A stretch of DNA of 64,000 nt, from contig JAFRSI010000141.1 in assembly GCA_017427645.1 (NCBI GenBank), positions 6,395 through 70,394 of the forward strand, given 5' to 3'. The position numbers and the translations under genes are program-made. Position 1 is the stretch's first letter. Every line of letters begins with the position of its first letter. The notes beneath the pieces are model-generated. The model was not told the DNA's origin, did no database searches, and saw only the letters and a list, made by a program, of their open reading frames with translations. The stretch is from Oscillospiraceae bacterium (lineage in GTDB: Bacteria; Bacillota; Clostridia; Oscillospirales; Oscillospiraceae). Shown piece after piece: positions 61,931 to 64,000 of this stretch.

Positions 61931-64000
61931 TTATGTCAACCGATCCGTCTCGTCCGTTCCTCTATATTCCAGACACAGCATGGTCAGATCGTCGAACTGC
62001 TCAGCGTCGCCGACAAAAATGTCAACGGCCTGCCGAACTGCTTCCAGAATTCCCTCCGGACTTCTGTCGGAGCCGGCATCCAGCGCGGCCAGCATACGAT
62101 CCGTACCGAAGCGCGTGCCGTTCTCGTCCTCAGCCTCCGCGACTCCGTCCGTATAGACGAACAGCTTATCTCCCGGGGTCAGTTGGATCTGATACTCCGG
62201 ATAGTGTATACCCTCCATTGCGCCGATCACGAGACCGTGCTTATCCTTATACAGCTCGCTTTTTCCCTTCCTGATCCACACCGGATATTCATGTCCCGCG
62301 TTGGCCGCAGTGAGCAGGCCGGTTTTCAGATCCAGGATGCCTGCCCAGACCGTGACAAACATGGTGTCCTTGTTGTTGCCGCAGATTGCTGTATTGACCG
62401 TTTCCAACAGCTTAGCGGGGCTCTTGCTCAGCATGGCGTAGTTGTTCAGCATGATCTTACAGGCCATCATAAACAGGGCGGCGGGCACGCCTTTTCCGGA
62501 TACGTCGGCAATCAGGAGACACAGATGGTCGTCATCGATCAGGAAAAAGTCGTAAAAGTCGCCGCCCACCTCCTTGGCCGCGTCCATGGAGGCGAAAATG
62601 TCCACTTCCTTCTTGTCGGGGAAGGGCGGGAAGACACTGGGCAGCATATGGGACTGAATGCTGGCGGCCAGACTCAGCTCCGTGTTGATGCGCTCGTTCT
62701 CTGCGGTAATGCTCTCGATGTCGCTGATGTATTCCTTCATACGCAGAGTCAGCCCCCGGAACGAATCCGCCAGGACTTGGGTCTCGTCCCCGGTCTCCAG
62801 CTTCAACTGGAAGTCCAGATTACCGCCCTCCATGGTCCCTACCTCCTCCGTCAGCAGGCGGATAGGCTCGACGATCTGATGGGAGATCCTGACAGACACG
62901 GCAATGGCGATGAGCACGGCGACCCCCAGCAGGCCCAGCAGCAGATAAACCGCGTAACGGATATGATCTGTGGCGTTCTGCACCGTCTGATCGGTCACCT
63001 GGTCCACGTTGGCAAGCAGCCGGTTCGTCGGCTCCTCCACTGCCTCCTGGGGCAGGAAGACCACCATCGACCAGCCGACGGTTTTCATGGGGGCGTACGA
63101 TACATAGCAGGAGACTCCATCCACCGACGCCCGCAACAGGCCCGCGCCGCCTGACGTGGCATCCCTGGCGATCCTGGCAAGCTCCCAATCCTCGGACAGC
63201 CGGAGATCCGGCGCGTCCACCACGGCGGCAAAGGAGCCCTCATCGAATGTGGAGAACAGGACCTGTCCGTTCTCGTTGATGATACAGGCCTTGCCGCTGT
63301 TGCCCAGATTCACGCTCTGGACCAGATTCTCCATCTCGTCCAGATACATGCCTGCGCCGGCCACTGCCGCAAGCTCATCTCCGCGGAAGACCGGCACGCC
63401 ACACATGATAGCCAGGCGCGGCGTATGCGCGTCCTTGGTGACCGGTGTGAAAAACGGCTCGCCGGTGGCAGCGGCGCCCTGATACCACGGGCGCTCCTTT
63501 GCCTCCAGAGGCATGAGATTCCCGACCTCGTCGAATTTCTTGGCTGAGATATAGTCCGCCTGCACCATGAAGCCGGACTCTGTGGCCACGTAGATGGAGG
63601 CCATGTTGTCCTGGCTGGCATTCACGGCCATCAGCACACCCTGCACGTTGCCGATCAGGGCAAGCTCTTCCTGAATAGCCGGATCTGCCGGATCCGTACT
63701 TGCGGAGTAGAGGACCTGGGTGGTCAGCACGCCGTCGTTCTTCGGGTCGGGCAGGGGCGCAGGGTTGGGGGAATACCGCTCCGGGTTGTTGTAGATCTCC
63801 CCGGCAACGGACCCCACGATGACAACGCCCTGCCGGAAATTGGAGAAGATCCCGTCTGCGATTTCCGCCGACTTTCTGGCAAGCTCCACCAGCCGGCTCT
63901 TCGACTGGTTGGACAGGTACGTGGTGGATTCTTCGCCGATGGTCTCGCTCAGGTTCCGGTTGGACGAGGACAGCGTACCCGAAATGCTCCTTACGGTCAG
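61931..64000 (-). CDS. Cache-HAMP-PP2C (SpoIIE-family) sensor phosphatase, 5' end beyond the window
   Basis: ERPWY Cache motif, TM, HAMP, EVGGDFYD, ADVSGKG, NAGH, YTDGV, DDLT; frame stays open to base 64000. Confidence 0.9.
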   Translation of the reverse strand: MTVRSISGTLSSSNRNLSETIGEESTTYLSNQSKSRLVELARKSAEIADGIFSNFRQGVVIVGSVAGEIYNNPERYSPNPAPLPDPKNDGVLTTQVLYSASTDPADPAIQEELALIGNVQGVLMAVNASQDNMASIYVATESGFMVQADYISAKKFDEVGNLMPLEAKERPWYQGAAATGEPFFTPVTKDAHTPRLAIMCGVPVFRGDELAAVAGAGMYLDEMENLVQSVNLGNSGKACIINENGQVLFSTFDEGSFAAVVDAPDLRLSEDWELARIARDATSGGAGLLRASVDGVSCYVSYAPMKTVGWSMVVFLPQEAVEEPTNRLLANVDQVTDQTVQNATDHIRYAVYLLLGLLGVAVLIAIAVSVRISHQIVEPIRLLTEEVGTMEGGNLDFQLKLETGDETQVLADSFRGLTLRMKEYISDIESITAENERINTELSLAASIQSHMLPSVFPPFPDKKEVDIFASMDAAKEVGGDFYDFFLIDDDHLCLLIADVSGKGVPAALFMMACKIMLNNYAMLSKSPAKLLETVNTAICGNNKDTMFVTVWAGILDLKTGLLTAANAGHEYPVWIRKGKSELYKDKHGLVIGAMEGIHYPEYQIQLTPGDKLFVYTDGVAEAEDENGTRFGTDRMLAALDAGSDRSPEGILEAVRQAVDIFVGDAEQFDDLTMLCLEYRGTDETDRLT

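Noticed and set aside
1-64000. CRISPR array, IS transposase, prophage or rRNA
   Set aside because: No regularly spaced direct repeats and no transposase, integrase, phage or rRNA motifs seen

Overview
High-GC chromosomal window from a spore-forming Clostridia bacterium, probably Oscillospiraceae (inferred from spo0A/spoIVB, gene order and GC3-rich codon use). Left to right: divergent GH53 galactanase and GH13 amylase lipoproteins; an orphan hutI; an oxidative ornithine (Stickland) operon ord-ortA-ortB-oraS-oraE-GlmL-like, with a foreign AT-rich ORF where the racemase usually sits; tRNA-Thr(CGT); polA-rimI-GNAT-tsaD; an AEC transporter behind a long structured leader; comEA-response regulator-kinase-GerMN lipoprotein; a D,D-carboxypeptidase and an RluA-type synthase; two REP-like palindromes and an AT-rich one-gene cassette bounded by inverted 14-bp sites; spoIVB-spo0A plus a second spo0A-like gene; the dcw cluster (mraZ to ftsZ); coaD/rsmD; GDPD-MFS-HAD; a GerA/SpoVAF protein; a DUF2156-GNAT fusion; and an MntR-like regulator. 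The main find is 52.3-61.8 kb. It holds a close homologue of the Cutibacterium acnes polyunsaturated fatty acid isomerase PAI (linoleate to trans-10,cis-12 CLA), followed by a CrtI/retinol-saturase-family FAD oxidoreductase and two flavin/Fe-S electron-transfer proteins. Divergent from these is an acyl ligase-ACP-acyl-ACP thioesterase module. Together this is a candidate complete trans-10 fatty-acid biohydrogenation system. All homology calls come from motif recognition by eye; no database search was run.
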